A DNA stretch of 64,000 bases from Lama glama (lineage: Eukaryota), in assembly GCA_028534125.1 (NCBI GenBank), contig CM052816.1, positions 1,550,001-1,614,000 of the forward strand, written 5' to 3'. Below, in pieces: positions 13,600-26,004 of this stretch. Below the pieces are notes generated by a model. The model was given only the letters and a program-made list of their open reading frames with translations. It made no database searches and was not told the DNA's origin. Made by a program: the position numbers and the translations under genes. Every line of letters begins with the position of its first letter. Within the stretch, counting starts at the first letter, position 1.

Positions 13600-14140
13600 A
13601 CACCCAGAGCACTTGGTTATTATACACACTTCAGTGACCCCTACTGTTGCTAGGATGCACTCCCCAGTCGTTATGATGGTTCATAAGACCCTGCTGACCA
13701 GCCTTATTTTGTTCCAAGCACCCGCTTATTTTCCACCTCAGTCACCCTGACCTTCTTCCCCCTAGAGAGGTCTGCGCACACTGGTCCCTCTCCCTGGAAC
13801 ACTCTTCCCTCCCTTCTACTTATCCTTCAGACCCTGGATCAGTTGTAACACCATTAAGAATAGACCAATCCTCTTCCCAGAATAAACTTCGTAAAAAAAA
13901 AAAAAAAAAGAAAAGAAAAAAGAACAGAGCAATCCTCTCCTGCCTTCTCACAGCATCACATACCTATGCCTGGGTCTTATTTATTTATTTATTTGGGTCT
14001 TGTTTTGCATTAATATTTTTCCTTCCGGAATTAGTCTCCATGAGGGTGGACCTCGCGTCTGTTTTTGTTCTCCACTGGATCTCCAGTGCCTATCACAGCA
14101 CCTGCCGCATAGTAGTGCTCGGTACATACTGGTGAAGACT
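13600..14140 (+). mobile_element. L2 LINE 3' fragment, interrupted by an A-rich tract at about 13893-13925
   Basis: 'ccctctccctggaacactcttccc...tatccttcag' and an L2 tail 'ctccagtgcctatcacagcacctgccgcatagtagtgctc'. Confidence 0.65.
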
Positions 14141-14466
14141 TAAGTGATTCTGCTTTCCAGTTGTCTTTGAAGAAACAGGGCTGTGTCTTTTGCTTTCATG
14201 GTGTCACTGTGGGCTATTTCATCCACGCCCTAGACTGCACACATACATTCAGGCCTTGGAGAATCACGCTGCATTAGCCCTGGTCCTGTGAACACGTCCC
14301 TGGCCTTTCCAGAGGCTTCATAAAGAGCTAGGTGAGGTTCTATGCCATCCATGCTGCTGCCAAGATGGTCCCCTTTCTCTCTCCCCTTTCCCTTTCAACT
14401 GCAAGTCTATCAACCGGGCACAGTCTAAGTGTCTTCTCTACCATGAATCCTTCCGGCATGGCATGA

Positions 14467-14558
14467 GGGGAGGACACAGCTCAGTGGCAGAGCACACGCT
14501 TAGCATGCATGAGGTCCTGGATTCAATCCCCAGTACCTCCATTAAAAAAAAAAAAAAA
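14467..14558 (+). mobile_element. tRNA-derived camelid SINE (Vic-1-like), short form
   Basis: Pol III A box 'agctcagtggcagagc', B box 'ggattcaatccc', then 'agtacctcc' and a poly(A) that runs into the gap. Confidence 0.85.
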
Positions 14559-15058
14559 NNNNNNNNNNNNNNNNNNNNNNNNNNNNNNNNNNNNNNNNNN
14601 NNNNNNNNNNNNNNNNNNNNNNNNNNNNNNNNNNNNNNNNNNNNNNNNNNNNNNNNNNNNNNNNNNNNNNNNNNNNNNNNNNNNNNNNNNNNNNNNNNNN
14701 NNNNNNNNNNNNNNNNNNNNNNNNNNNNNNNNNNNNNNNNNNNNNNNNNNNNNNNNNNNNNNNNNNNNNNNNNNNNNNNNNNNNNNNNNNNNNNNNNNNN
14801 NNNNNNNNNNNNNNNNNNNNNNNNNNNNNNNNNNNNNNNNNNNNNNNNNNNNNNNNNNNNNNNNNNNNNNNNNNNNNNNNNNNNNNNNNNNNNNNNNNNN
14901 NNNNNNNNNNNNNNNNNNNNNNNNNNNNNNNNNNNNNNNNNNNNNNNNNNNNNNNNNNNNNNNNNNNNNNNNNNNNNNNNNNNNNNNNNNNNNNNNNNNN
15001 NNNNNNNNNNNNNNNNNNNNNNNNNNNNNNNNNNNNNNNNNNNNNNNNNNNNNNNNNN
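14559..15058. other. Assembly gap (500 N)
   Basis: Exactly 500 consecutive N. Confidence 0.99.
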
Positions 15059-15074
15059 GAGTAACAATCTTAGT

Positions 15075-15305
15075 TGTAGGTAATATTTATTAAGCATGAT
15101 TTGCCAAGCAATGTTCTAAGCCTTTCACATGCAGTATCTCACTGGATCCTTACACCAACCCTGGAGGTAGGTACTATTACTATACCCAATTTTCAGATGA
15201 AAAGAAACAGAGGCTCACAGAAGAAACTCTCATGGCTACACAACTCTTAAATGACCAAATAGATTAAGAAACCAAACTCTGCCTCTGAAATCAGGACTTT
15301 CAGTT
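15075..15305 (-). mobile_element. MIR SINE
   Basis: 'atttattaagc...gccaagcaatgttctaagcc...ccttacaccaaccctggaggtaggtactattactatacccaattttcagatg'. Confidence 0.75.
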
Positions 15306-17376
15306 ACTTTACTTGTTACCTGGGAGAGGTAACACATTTAAAGAAGTTAAGCTGAATCAGCCTCAGTTTTCTTTTCTGTCAAAATAGGGACACTTTCCAG
15401 AGATAATGTGTATATTCAGTCTAACATCCATTTTCAAGGACTAATGTGTCTGATAAACTTGTTATCAGCCAAGATTAGGGAATAAGAGCGGGATCCAGGG
15501 GAAATGAGCCATGTCTATTATTATCATCCATGCTCATTATAGAACAATTAAAAGTAATTTAAAAAAAATCTCTTGTGATTCTATTATCTAGAAATAACAG
15601 CTGCTAACATTTGGTTTGGGGTGTTTAAAATGTTTACCATCCATATACATGGGCGTATGTGTGTATATGTTTTCTTTGCAAAAATTGGATATTTAAACGC
15701 ATTGTAAAAAATGTACATCTTTGCATGGGTTGACCATACTGTTAAGAAATCTATTAAGAGAGAACAAGCTGTCTTCTTGATTGCTGGCCTTGCTTGCTTG
15801 TTTTTCACCTTCCCTCATTTTTTGCTTCTTTCCTTCCTCCTCCTCCGTATTAGAGGTCTTAGTTGTAGGCAACAAAAACCACTCTAGTAAGGGTAAATAG
15901 AGGTTTATTAATAAATAGATCAACAGTGTTTATTACTACTTTTTGTTGTTAGGGGATTATTATTAAATAGTTCATATAATTGTTGGATGGGCTAAATAGA
16001 CAGACTCGAGGGCGAGTTTCAGGACAGCTCTGCAAATGACAGGACAGAACTGGGCCAGGGCAGAACACAGCTGCAAAATGAGAACCTTTGCCATGGCCAC
16101 TGGCCCCAGAAGCATGCTACCTTGGCTACCAGCCACTGGCAAAATGCATGTCCCTCACTCTGCCATCTCTTCTAGATTCATTTCCAGATCAGAGTCTTAT
16201 GCACATACATCTAATGGGCAAAACTTAAACCACATCTGAACCTTAGCTGAAAAGGAGTCTGAAAAGCATAGATTTTAGTTTCCAGCTTTTGCATACTAGA
16301 GTAGGGTTGAAGAGGGCATCAAGTGAGCCGGTCCACAGGGCCAGCTATGGATTATTTTATTAGGAGAGTTGGTAGGGTTCGTCTTGTTGAGTACCCTCAT
16401 TTTACCAACAGGGAAGCTGAGGCTTATAGACGGGATTTCCTCACAAGTTGATGCTGAAAGATAACTAGAACTCAGGGTCGAAGCAGAACCACATGGTGGA
16501 ACCCTGAGGACAGTGGGGCTCTGTCATCTTCCTGTGCCCACATCAAAGACTTCACATGATTGGATCCACCCTGCATTCTCTTTGTCACCACCCTTGTCAC
16601 CATTTCACCTGAAAATTCATCCTGAAAAACCCCAGGGTTGTCGGAATAATGAGAGCTCATGTGGTAAATGATTGTCATAATTTCTGTTGACACCTCTTTC
16701 ACCATCCTCTTTGGTTTTTTTTACCAGGCTAATATGGGATGTCCATCTGTACCACAACCCCACAAGGTTGGTGCTATTTCCCCCATTTTAAAGATAAGGA
16801 AACTGAGGCTTGGAAAGGACATTTAATTCCTGCAGAATAAAACCACTAATAAGCAGCTGAGTTGGGAGGAAAGCCGAGCTGTGCTAACAGCTAATTCTCG
16901 TGTAGCTTTGCACTAGTGAAACACATTTGTCTGGCAGGCTCACTCCTCTCTTTGTGCAGGCTCTTCCCTGTCATTGTGCAACCTATTCCTTGCACCTAGA
17001 TTTGAACATTTGATCTCTTTCTCTTTGGGGTTGAGAGAATGGGTGGAGGGCTTATGTATTGTGAATAGAAACAAAAGCATTTGTAAGTTGCAACTGCCAA
17101 CTCAACCCTAGTGAGATGGAAAAAATGTTCTAGTTGCTTTGCTACAATTTATTTATCAGATATTTATGGAGGGTCTTCTGCGTGCCAGCTGTTCTGCTAG
17201 GCACTGAGATACAGAGATGAGGATGAATTAGACACAGACCCTGATTTCATAGACCTTGTGTGCTAGTAGGAAAGACAGCAACCAGACGGCTGCACTACCT
17301 GCTGAGCTATGACACAGTACATCAAGCGTGGCATGGGGACACAGAGGAAGACACCTAACCTAGACTGGAGGTCAGG

Positions 17377-17910
17377 TGCGTTAGTCATTTGTTACCAAAG
17401 TAATTCTGCATAATAAATCACCCCAGAACTCAGTGGCTTAAACAAGCATTCGTTTAGCTCATGCATCTTTGGGTTAGCTGGTCTTGGTGGGATCACTCCA
17501 ATATCTAACATCAGCTGCAAATCAACTAGTTGGTCCACCTGATCTTGACTGGGCTCCCTCACATATTTGGGCATGGACTGGCTGTTGGTTGGTCAATGAT
17601 GGCCTTGGCTGAGGTCTGCTCTGCTCTAACTCTGCTCTGTTCCACATAACTCATCCTCCAACAGGCTAGTCTGGGTGGGTACTCATGGTGAAGGCAGAGA
17701 GGAAAAAGTACAAGTACTTTTGTAAGTTTCTCTTTGTGGGACAACTGTTAAAATCCAATTGCCATCGGCCAAAGCAAGCCACATGGTCATAGTCAGAATC
17801 AAAATGTGGGGGAGTAGATCCTACCTTTTAACTGGAGGAGCTATTAAGCCACCTTGCAAAGGGTGAGAATACAGAGAGGGGTGAAGAATTCAGGCCAGTT
17901 TTGTCATCAG
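17377..17910 (-). mobile_element. MaLR LTR (MLT1H/J-like) inserted in L2
   Basis: 'gcataataaatcaccccagaactcagtggcttaaacaagcatt...ggccaaagcaagccacatgg' is the reverse MLT1 pattern, flanked by L2 sequence. Confidence 0.7.
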
Positions 17911-18501
17911 TTCCATCAGGGAAGACTTTCTGGAGGAGGTGGTAACTGAGCTAGTTTTTAAGAATGCATTGTCAGGTGAATAGTTTTCAGGGATAGTGGG
18001 AAAGGGAGTGCAGGATAGATGTGTTATCATGTTCAGGCCTCACAGGGGATTTGCTAGTGGTTCCATGTGGTTAAAGGCTAAGAGAGCAAGGGGAGGGTAG
18101 CAGGAGATGAGGCTGGAATCACGAGGGGCTTATAGTTACATTAAGGAGCTGGACCTTATCCTGGTACTGGTGATAGAACTTTATGAGTTTTAAGAAGATT
18201 AGTTTTTTTTTCCAAAAGAAAACTTTGGACAGCAGTGGGAGGCAAAAGTAGCAGTGAAGAGCTTGTGGTAGTGATCCAGACTAGAAGTGATGATGGTTCA
18301 AGCCAAGGTGTCAGTAGTAGAGGTGGAAAGAAGTGAATTTAGCTGGGAGATGGTAAGAACTGACAGGACAGGCTCACTAACTGGATGTTAGGGATGAGAG
18401 AAAAAGAGGTGTCAATGCTGATGCCAAATGTGTGGATCGTTTGTCATCAAGACAGAGGCATCTTGGTGCAAAAGAGGTTTGCATATGCTGAGCTTGAGTG
18501 C

Positions 18502-18970
18502 TGTGGTAGCCAGAAAAATGGCTGCTCAGAGATGTCCACATTCTAAATCCCAGAGCCTGTGACTATGTTACCTTACATGGTAAATGAGGCTTTGCAGATG
18601 TGAGTAAGTTAAGGATTATGAGATGGACAGATTATCCTGGATTATCTGGGTGGACCCGATGCAATCATAAGGGTCCTTTAAGAGGGAGGCAGGAGGGTCA
18701 GAGTCAGAGGAGATGAGACCACAGATGCAGAAGTTGGAGGGATTCAGGTCATAAGCCAAGGACTGTAGGAAGCTATAGAAGCTGAAAAGGGTGAGAAAAT
18801 GGATTCTCCCCTGAAGCCTCCAGAAGGAACGCCATCCTGGTGACACCTTGATTTTAGCTCACTGAGACAGATTTTGGACTTCTAACCTCCAGAACTGTAA
18901 GATAATGAACTTGTGTTTTAAATTATTATGTTTGTGGAAATTTGTTACAGCAGCAATAGGAAACTAATGC
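18502..18970 (+). mobile_element. MaLR LTR (MLT1D-like), near full length
   Basis: Starts 'tgtggtag...', contains 'gactatgttaccttacatgg...attatcctggattatctgggtggacc', and ends 'ttgttacagcagcaataggaaactaatgca'. Confidence 0.85.
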
Positions 18971-20635
18971 AAGGGTCTTGTGGGAGATCCAGATGGGCAT
19001 GTACAGGAGCTGAGGAGAAGACATCCAGGATGGAGAACTGAATAGGATGGAGAGTCACTGGCAAGTGGACTGGACCATAGCTTTGGCTCTCCCAATAAGG
19101 CAGTGTAGAGTGAGAGGTGAGGACAGCCTGCAAAGGGCTCAATTCAGGGGAAATCTTTGAAGGGAAGTAAGGAGGACCTGGAGAAATATGAGAAGGTCTA
19201 GAGATGGGAAAAATCTGAGAGCAGAATTTCAATAAGGAAACTCTCCCTGTCCACCATCACAGAGTGAGCCAATAAGGAGACTCCAAGTGCCTCCTGGATC
19301 TGATCATCGGGAGTATGGTCTTGGTGAGAGCAGTTTCAGAGGCAGAACAGGAGGGGAACCAGCCTGACTGCGGGGAGAAATCGTGGGAAGTGAGGAACTG
19401 AAGCCACAAGGAGAGACAGCGTTCTTAGATGACTGGCTTTGATGGGGAAAGAGATAAGGTAACAGCTGGAAAAGGGTGGGGATCCAGGGAGAACCTTTTT
19501 ATTTTTTAATACGAGAGAGAGATATATGTTTAACTGCTTCTGGGATGGAGGCAGCGAGGGGACTGGAGGATGGCTGAAGATGAAGGACAGAGGGAGAGGT
19601 TATCGATGAGGTCTGGTCTCTGAGGAGGTGTATGTTGCGGGTGAGAGCCAAGATTTCCAGGGGGATTAGCTTTAGATTGAAGGAGGATGATCTTTCCATG
19701 AGGGAAGGAGGCAAAAACAGGTGTAAGGATGCTAAGGTGTGTACGTAAGGGTGGGTATGGGGGACAACTTTCCATGTGCTGGTTAAAGCATTCCAACATT
19801 TTAGGACAATTCCTTTCTAACTTGCTATAGTGAATTGCCACCAAAATTTCACTACTCAGAATAAGAAAATAGAATTTAGAGGGAACAAAGAGACTGGGCT
19901 AGTGGTCAGTGGATCAGCATAGAAACCAAAGTAATAGCTGAAAAAATTTTATCTGAAGAATCAGAGCAACATAAAATATAGGAATTGCCATTCTGGGACA
20001 GACTCATGGTCCACTCAGGCTGATATCTGCTGCCAACAGAGTTCCCATGGGATGGGCACCCAGCGGGCACAGTCATGCTCCAACCACCCTTGATCTTGGT
20101 TATGAGACAGAGAAACTGTTTCCTTCCTGACGTCAACCACAAAGGTTAGGTATATCCCAGCACCCTTTTATGGCTCTGTCATGCATAAATATACCCTAAA
20201 CCCTCTCCAACTGCCTGCACCATCCCCCTTGGGGTTATGTGTTTCATTAGTTTATTTCCCACTGTGTGACATAGAATTAAAAAAAATCTATTTCTATTTT
20301 ATTTTGTTTGAGGTTTAAAGAGTAGCCATTTATCCCAGTAGTCGTCAAAGGTAGTAACGCAAATGAAGCACATTTAGCACATCATAAATCCTGACACGTC
20401 ATAAGTCTTACGGCGATGGAGATGATGAGGATGAGGATAAAGATAATGATGATGTTTCAGTCCTCTTTAACCCTGCCTGCTACGCATTATCTTCCCCTTT
20501 TACAGAAGGGCAAACTAAGGAAGGCTCAGTGAGGTTACTAGACTTGATAAAGAAGATCAGAGAAGAAAAAAACTGGAGGTCATTGAAAAGTTGAAGTATG
20601 GGGTGTGGGCTAGGAGCTTAAGGAGAAGCAGCTTG

Positions 20636-20805
20636 GAGTCTGTTTCTGTTTTGACTGTATATCACAGGGAACTATATTCAATAGCTTATAATAACCTATA
20701 ATGAATATATATATATATATATATAAAAATTGAATAACTATGCTGCACACCAAAAACTAACAACATTTTAAATCAACTATACTTCAAGTTAAAAAAAAAA
20801 AAAAA
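20636..20805 (+). mobile_element. Very short cetartiodactyl-type L1 3' end with an 18-bp inverted 5' segment
   Basis: 'actgtatatcacagggaactatattcaa...tatgctgcacacc...tcaactatacttcaa' plus poly(A). TSD gagaagc[a/t]gctt at 20623-20634 and 20806-20817. Confidence 0.8.
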
Positions 20806-22049
20806 GAGAAGCTGCTTAGAAATGCCTGCTGCCTACCTCCCATAACCCACCCACCCTCTGCCAGCCCAGGGCTGCATTTGCTGGTCAGCTTCCTCCTCCA
20901 GAGGTGGAGAGTCTGAACCCAGCTCAGCCGAGCCCTGGGGCCAGCCAGCCTGACGTGGATCCTTCAGGTCAGAGAGCAAAAGGATCTCTCTTATTTATTC
21001 TTCCCTTGTGATGGAAATAGCCCAAAAATTGTCCTTGTGCTTACTAAGCTATTTCCTAGCCAAAGCCGGCCAGAGAATGTTAATTATCTCATCCTTTTTT
21101 TACCCCCTTCACGATGAATTATTGAGTTCCAGCGCACGCTGTCTTTAATTGCGAGGTATTCCAGAACGAGTAGGTTATCAAAAATGTGCAGAGGGGGAGA
21201 GCTTTGGTCCAGCCCTGGGAGGCTAAGGTGGGGAAATTCATCCTTATTTATTTACATGGTAATGGGATGAGATTCTGCCAGCTTGCTAATGGGCTCTTAA
21301 AGCGAAATAGGCTTCCTGTGGCCTACTTAGAACGATTGGTTGCCCTGCTAGCACGTAAAACATCAAATTAAGAAAGCAATGTCTCCCTTTTTCTAGAAAT
21401 ATTCTTCTGTTGAGGGGACTGTCTGCATTATTTGCACGGGAGAGGGATCTGTAATTTATCGTGGGAGGCGGGGTGGTAGGGTGGGCACAGCTGCTGTATG
21501 GTTTAAAGGGACCAGCCCTTGACTCTGCCACCAACCAGCCATTTGTCCTCAGACAGTGCATTTCATTACCCCTAAGTCTCAGTTTTTCTATCAGTCACTT
21601 GAGGATGGTTATGCTTTGCCCTAAACCAACGTAGCAAGTTTGTTGTAAAGACAAGATAAAAAAGTTGGTTTTAAGAGTGCTGAGTGATCATGAGTATTTT
21701 GTATCTCTGAGGAGCTCGCGTGATTTTCCAGAAAGCAAGAGACAGGTCCTAATCACATTTAAAAATAAACCTTAGCATTTTCTAAGTGCTTGGCCAATTA
21801 CTCCAAATAACGTTCATTCCAGAGGCTCCTGGGGGCGGCGGCGGGGGCCATAAGTCATATGATGAAATGCATTAGATTGTGGAGCAACCGGAGACAGACT
21901 GCAGTGTTTCACTACAAAATCAAGGCGGAAGCATCCAGGTCCACAGACAGATCCGAGTCTCTCTCACCTCAGCCGCTGCCTTCTTTTCCCTAGAGATGGA
22001 TGGAAACCTCTCTGGGTTCTTCTTACTTCATTTTCTTTATGTTTTTGGT

Positions 22050-22520
22050 CTTTTCATTGATTCAATGAATGTTTGTTGATCACTTCCTATGTGCTGGGCA
22101 CTGGGCTAGGCAATGTATAGATACAGTCTGGAAGGAAGGAAGAATTTAAACTAACCCACAATTAAATATGCAATTACAAAGGGAGGTAGGCCTGCGGGCT
22201 TTGAGAGAGAAGGTATGGTGAGGGCAATTTAATCGGAGGATCAGGGGAGGCGTCTCTGAGGTCCTTACATTTGAACCAAGGCCAAAAGGATGTCATAGGC
22301 AGATCAAGTGTAGGGAGAAGAGCATCCCAGTCAGAGGGAACAGCAGGTGTGAAGGCACTGCGTGGGGAGGAGCTTGGTACTGGAGGACTGAAAGCAGTAG
22401 GGGAGGGTGTGCGTGTGTATGCATGTGTGTTTGTGTGTGTGTGTGTGTGAGCATCCACATGCTTGCGCATGAATGGATAGTACTGAGAGAGGGAAGGGTG
22501 GGGTCAGATGAAGTAGAAGG
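22050..22520 (-). mobile_element. L2 3' fragment containing a (TG)n tract at about 22408-22449
   Basis: 'ttcattgattcaatgaatgtttgttgatcacttcctatgtgctgggcactgggctagg' is the reverse L2 tail. Confidence 0.7.
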
Positions 22521-22689
22521 GGCCAGGTAGGTCTGGGTTTGAACCCTGGCTCTGCTAACTGTTGTCTGTATAATCCTGGGCAGGTCATACCAGCTGTCTG
22601 AGCTTTGGTCCTCTCCTTTGCAAAGGAGAATGGATGACATGTAGCTCATGAGTCAGCCTGAGGTTCGAAGGTCACCGCAATATCCTTTG

Positions 22690-23170
22690 AGGCCCTCTTA
22701 ATCTGGCTCATGTTCCCTCTTGGACCTTTTCTCTGATTAGTCTCTCCCTTCCTCCCTCAGCTCCAGCCAAGTAGCCTCTTTGCTGTCCCTCATACAAATG
22801 AAGCATATCCTACCTCAGGGCCTTTGCACCTGCTGTTCTTGCTGTTGGCAATGCTCTTCACCCTCACTTCCTTCAGGTCTTCATTCAAATATCCTGTTCT
22901 CAGTGAGGCCTTCCTGATCTCTTTATTTAACATTATCACCTCTGTTCTACTCCAAACACCCATCCCTGCTCCCTGCTTTACTTTTCTCCATAGCACTTAG
23001 CGCCATCCAGCCCAGTAAATATTTATTTTGTGCATTATCTGCTCTCTCCACAAGAATGGGGGTTCCATGGGGGCATGGAGTTTGTCCATTTTATTCACTG
23101 CAATGAACCTAGTGACCCTAAAGGAGTGCCTGGCATATATTAGGTGCTCAATAAATAATGCTGAATGTTT
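22690..23170 (+). mobile_element. L2a-like 3' end
   Basis: 'cctacctcagggcctttgcacctgctgtt...ctcagtgaggccttcctga...gtgcctggcatatattaggtgctcaataaata'. Confidence 0.8.
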
Positions 23171-23533
23171 GTGAAGTTATTTGATAAGTAAATAGAACAG
23201 TGCTTCACACATGGAGCATTTAGCCGCATTTTCTTCCTGGTCAGAAAGCTCTGTCCTACTTGGAGCCATAGAAGCTAAGCTCTCCTGTTTCATTTGAATA
23301 AATCCCAGCTTCACCAACTCTGTGCCCATACCAAATGTGTCCTTTCCTCAAGGTCTCATGCAAGTCCCATCTCCTCCTCAAATCTTCTAACTTCCTTTCC
23401 CAGGCTACAGGGATCTCTCCCTCCTCGGATCAATTTGAGCATTTTCAATTTTTCTCTCCGATAGGGGACTTATTATTGAATGCTTTGTGACATCTTCTGC
23501 TCTGTCATTTAATCTTTTGATATATGGGCTCAT

Positions 23534-23534
23534 C

Positions 23535-23578
<44 letters not shown>

Positions 23579-23616
23579 ATCTATCTATCATCTATCTACC
23601 TACCTACCTACCTATC
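23534..23616. repeat. (TCTA)n/(CCTA)n tetranucleotide microsatellite
   Basis: About 11 perfect tcta units, followed by degenerate tcta/ccta units. Confidence 0.95.
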
Positions 23617-24742
23617 TTCTAATCAGGAATTAGATCATGAACGCTAGAATTTTAGAGTGGGAAGGGCTTTAGTGATCCCTTTCTTCACTTTCACATAGCA
23701 GGGCACTTTTTTGCAAGCTCTTTGAGGCACAAGTCTTTATGCTAAATATCTTTTAACCCTCTTATTAATTTATTCAGCAAGTATTTGTTGAGTGCTGCTA
23801 TGTGCCAAGCCATGGATTAGGTACTGTGCTATGACAGTGAATCTGACACAATTTGAACTCTTAATTTCTGACATGTTGGAGCTTTGTACACAGCAGATGA
23901 TGAGTAAATTTGTGCTGAAGGAACGAATAAATGAATGAGTATTCATATACAGTTTAAATTTGATTGTGGTAAACAGAATTAAAAGTAATGAGGTTCCATT
24001 TATAAATTATAGGATATCAGTCTTTTTAAAAGAATAAATACTACTCCATAAAGATTTGGGATGAATAGAGGTGTGGAGGGTACTTGAATGATATGGAGAT
24101 GTCCTTAATTAAGATTCCTAAGAGGGCCAGAAGAGGGAATTGAATTATTTCCTCCCAATGGGAGATCCATCAAAGTTTGGAGGATGGGTGGGTATGGACT
24201 GCATGGTGGTTACTATCGGCGTAGAGGTTAATCAGCTCTTGACGTCAATAAAGTGAAGGTGAAGGATGCTACATTCTGGCATCTGAGATCTCCCTGGGAA
24301 GACCCTGAGATCCATCAAGAGGTTCTGACCTTCTCACCGGGGACCCTATCTTTAGAGGACAGAATTCTCTTACTGTCTTGCAAGTGATTGCTTATGGGAA
24401 ACAGTTTTCTGCTTGGCAATAGCACAAACTGTCAAGTTCATTTATTTTGCTTCCAGTTTCCTTCCCAAGGGGGATGTTGTACTGCCAAGTGGCTCTGCCT
24501 GTGTGCCAGGCTCCAGTGGTTTCCAGCACCTGGGGGTCTGATTTCCAGTGATGCTACACTCCATCACTCAGCCTGAGAACATCTTAATTTAGCTCAAAGC
24601 ATGACTGCCAAGGCTGAAAGCTGCTCAGGGCAGAGAGTTGTCAGAGGTGGTCACTGCTAGTTGCAAATGTGGTCAGTCTCTGGATCCCTGCTCCTTAGAG
24701 CCTGCTACCCATTTGGACTTGTTTCTCATCCCAACACTGTGT

Positions 24743-24797
24743 CATCATCATCATCACCCACCACCATCATCATTATCGCCATCATCAATCACCATTA
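24743..24797. repeat. Degenerate (CAT/CAC)n trinucleotide repeat
   Basis: 'catcatcatcatcacccaccaccatcatcattatcgccatcatc'. Confidence 0.8.
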
Positions 24798-25324
24798 CAG
24801 ATTAAGCCCCATCAGATAGGTTTGTAATTATCCCATAATAGGGGCAATTTTCTGGGTGAAGAAGCCCTAATTAACAAAATCTGCTTGGCCCTACCACAAC
24901 CTCCAAAATGTTTGTCAGCCAAGAAGGTGCTTCTATTCTAACCAAAGTCAAACTAGAAATCACAGTTCTGAGAACAGTGGTATAAAACTGGCAGGTGCAG
25001 AAATGAAATGTGGGGGGAAACTGGGGGAAAGATTTACCAAAAGAACCTGAGCTGAAAAATCAGAAGACCTGGGCTCTGGTCCAGGGATTTTGTTTTAATT
25101 TGAGGACTTCCATTGAGAGTGACCGTAACTCAGCTTCTCTGGGTTAAAGTCAATGCTTCTATCTACTGGGATCAATAATTCTTGCCCTATTCTACTACAG
25201 AAAATTGTGGTGGCAATTGAGTAATTTAATGGATGGGTAAGTTTAGGAAGAACAAGTAAAAGGGGATAGTGTGAGACGTTCTATGTTATTGTCAAGATGT
25301 TATATTGAAGGGACACTAAGGACT

Positions 25325-25830
25325 TTAACACTAAGGACTCTTGGTTGTAAATAACAGAAACTCAGTTCACAATGGATTAATCAAGAAAAGGGACTTCATT
25401 GGTGTACATAGTTGAAAAGTCCAAAGTTGGATTTTGGTTTAGGCACAGGTGGATTCAGGACTCTGTCTGTGCAATCAGCAGCCCTCTCTGTGTGGTGTCT
25501 TCATTTTTAGGCATTGCATGAGAACAAGGGAGCTGGAGCAAATCTGGCTTCTCAAGTTCAAGCCTGGTAGGAAAGTGTGAATGCCTCTTTCTTCTTGGTC
25601 TTACAAGAGAAGTTCCTCGATTAACATTAAGTGAACTTGATCAGTTTGGTGTGGGTCACATGTCTATGCCAAGTAATCACTGTGGCTGAGGAGTGAAGCT
25701 GGCTTAGATCTGGGTGTGGGGACACGAGTTTTATCCCTGGAGTAAGACGTGGGGAGTCCCATGTGTATCACCACATGAAAATTAAGGGAAATTAAGTGAT
25801 GTGTGGCCAAAACATTTCAAATATCCATCA
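25325..25830 (-). mobile_element. Old MaLR LTR (MLT1K/L-like)
   Basis: 'ggactcttggttgtaaataacagaaactcagttc...gggtcacatgtctatgcc...aatcactgtggc'. Confidence 0.55.
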
Positions 25831-26004
25831 GGAAGACTAACCACTGAGCAACTCTTCAGAGGAAAAAAAAAGTCTAAACCACTCACTACTAACAGTAAAC
25901 AATAATCTGCTAAAACTAAAATTTCCTTATTATGTTACTTTTTTTTGCTCATAAAGATTTTCTTATATTTAACTAGAACTATTCCTTCTATTTGAGATCA
26001 TTTC

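Larger units (their letters stand above)
17150..19720 (-). mobile_element. Long fragmented L2 LINE interrupted by two MLT1 LTRs
   Basis: Reverse L2 motifs: 'tgctaggcactgagatacagagatga', 'gggaagactttctggaggaggtggtaactgagct', 'ggtcttggtgagagcagtttcagagg', 'ggattagctttagattgaaggagg'. Confidence 0.7.

Noticed and set aside
14467..14540. tRNA-like sequence with A and B boxes (also at 35956 and 43944)
   Set aside because: Poly(A) tails, an imperfect acceptor stem and multiple diverged copies indicate SINEs rather than tRNA genes.
14438..15097. The three longest ORFs (194-219 aa)
   Set aside because: Artefacts of translating through the 500-N gap.
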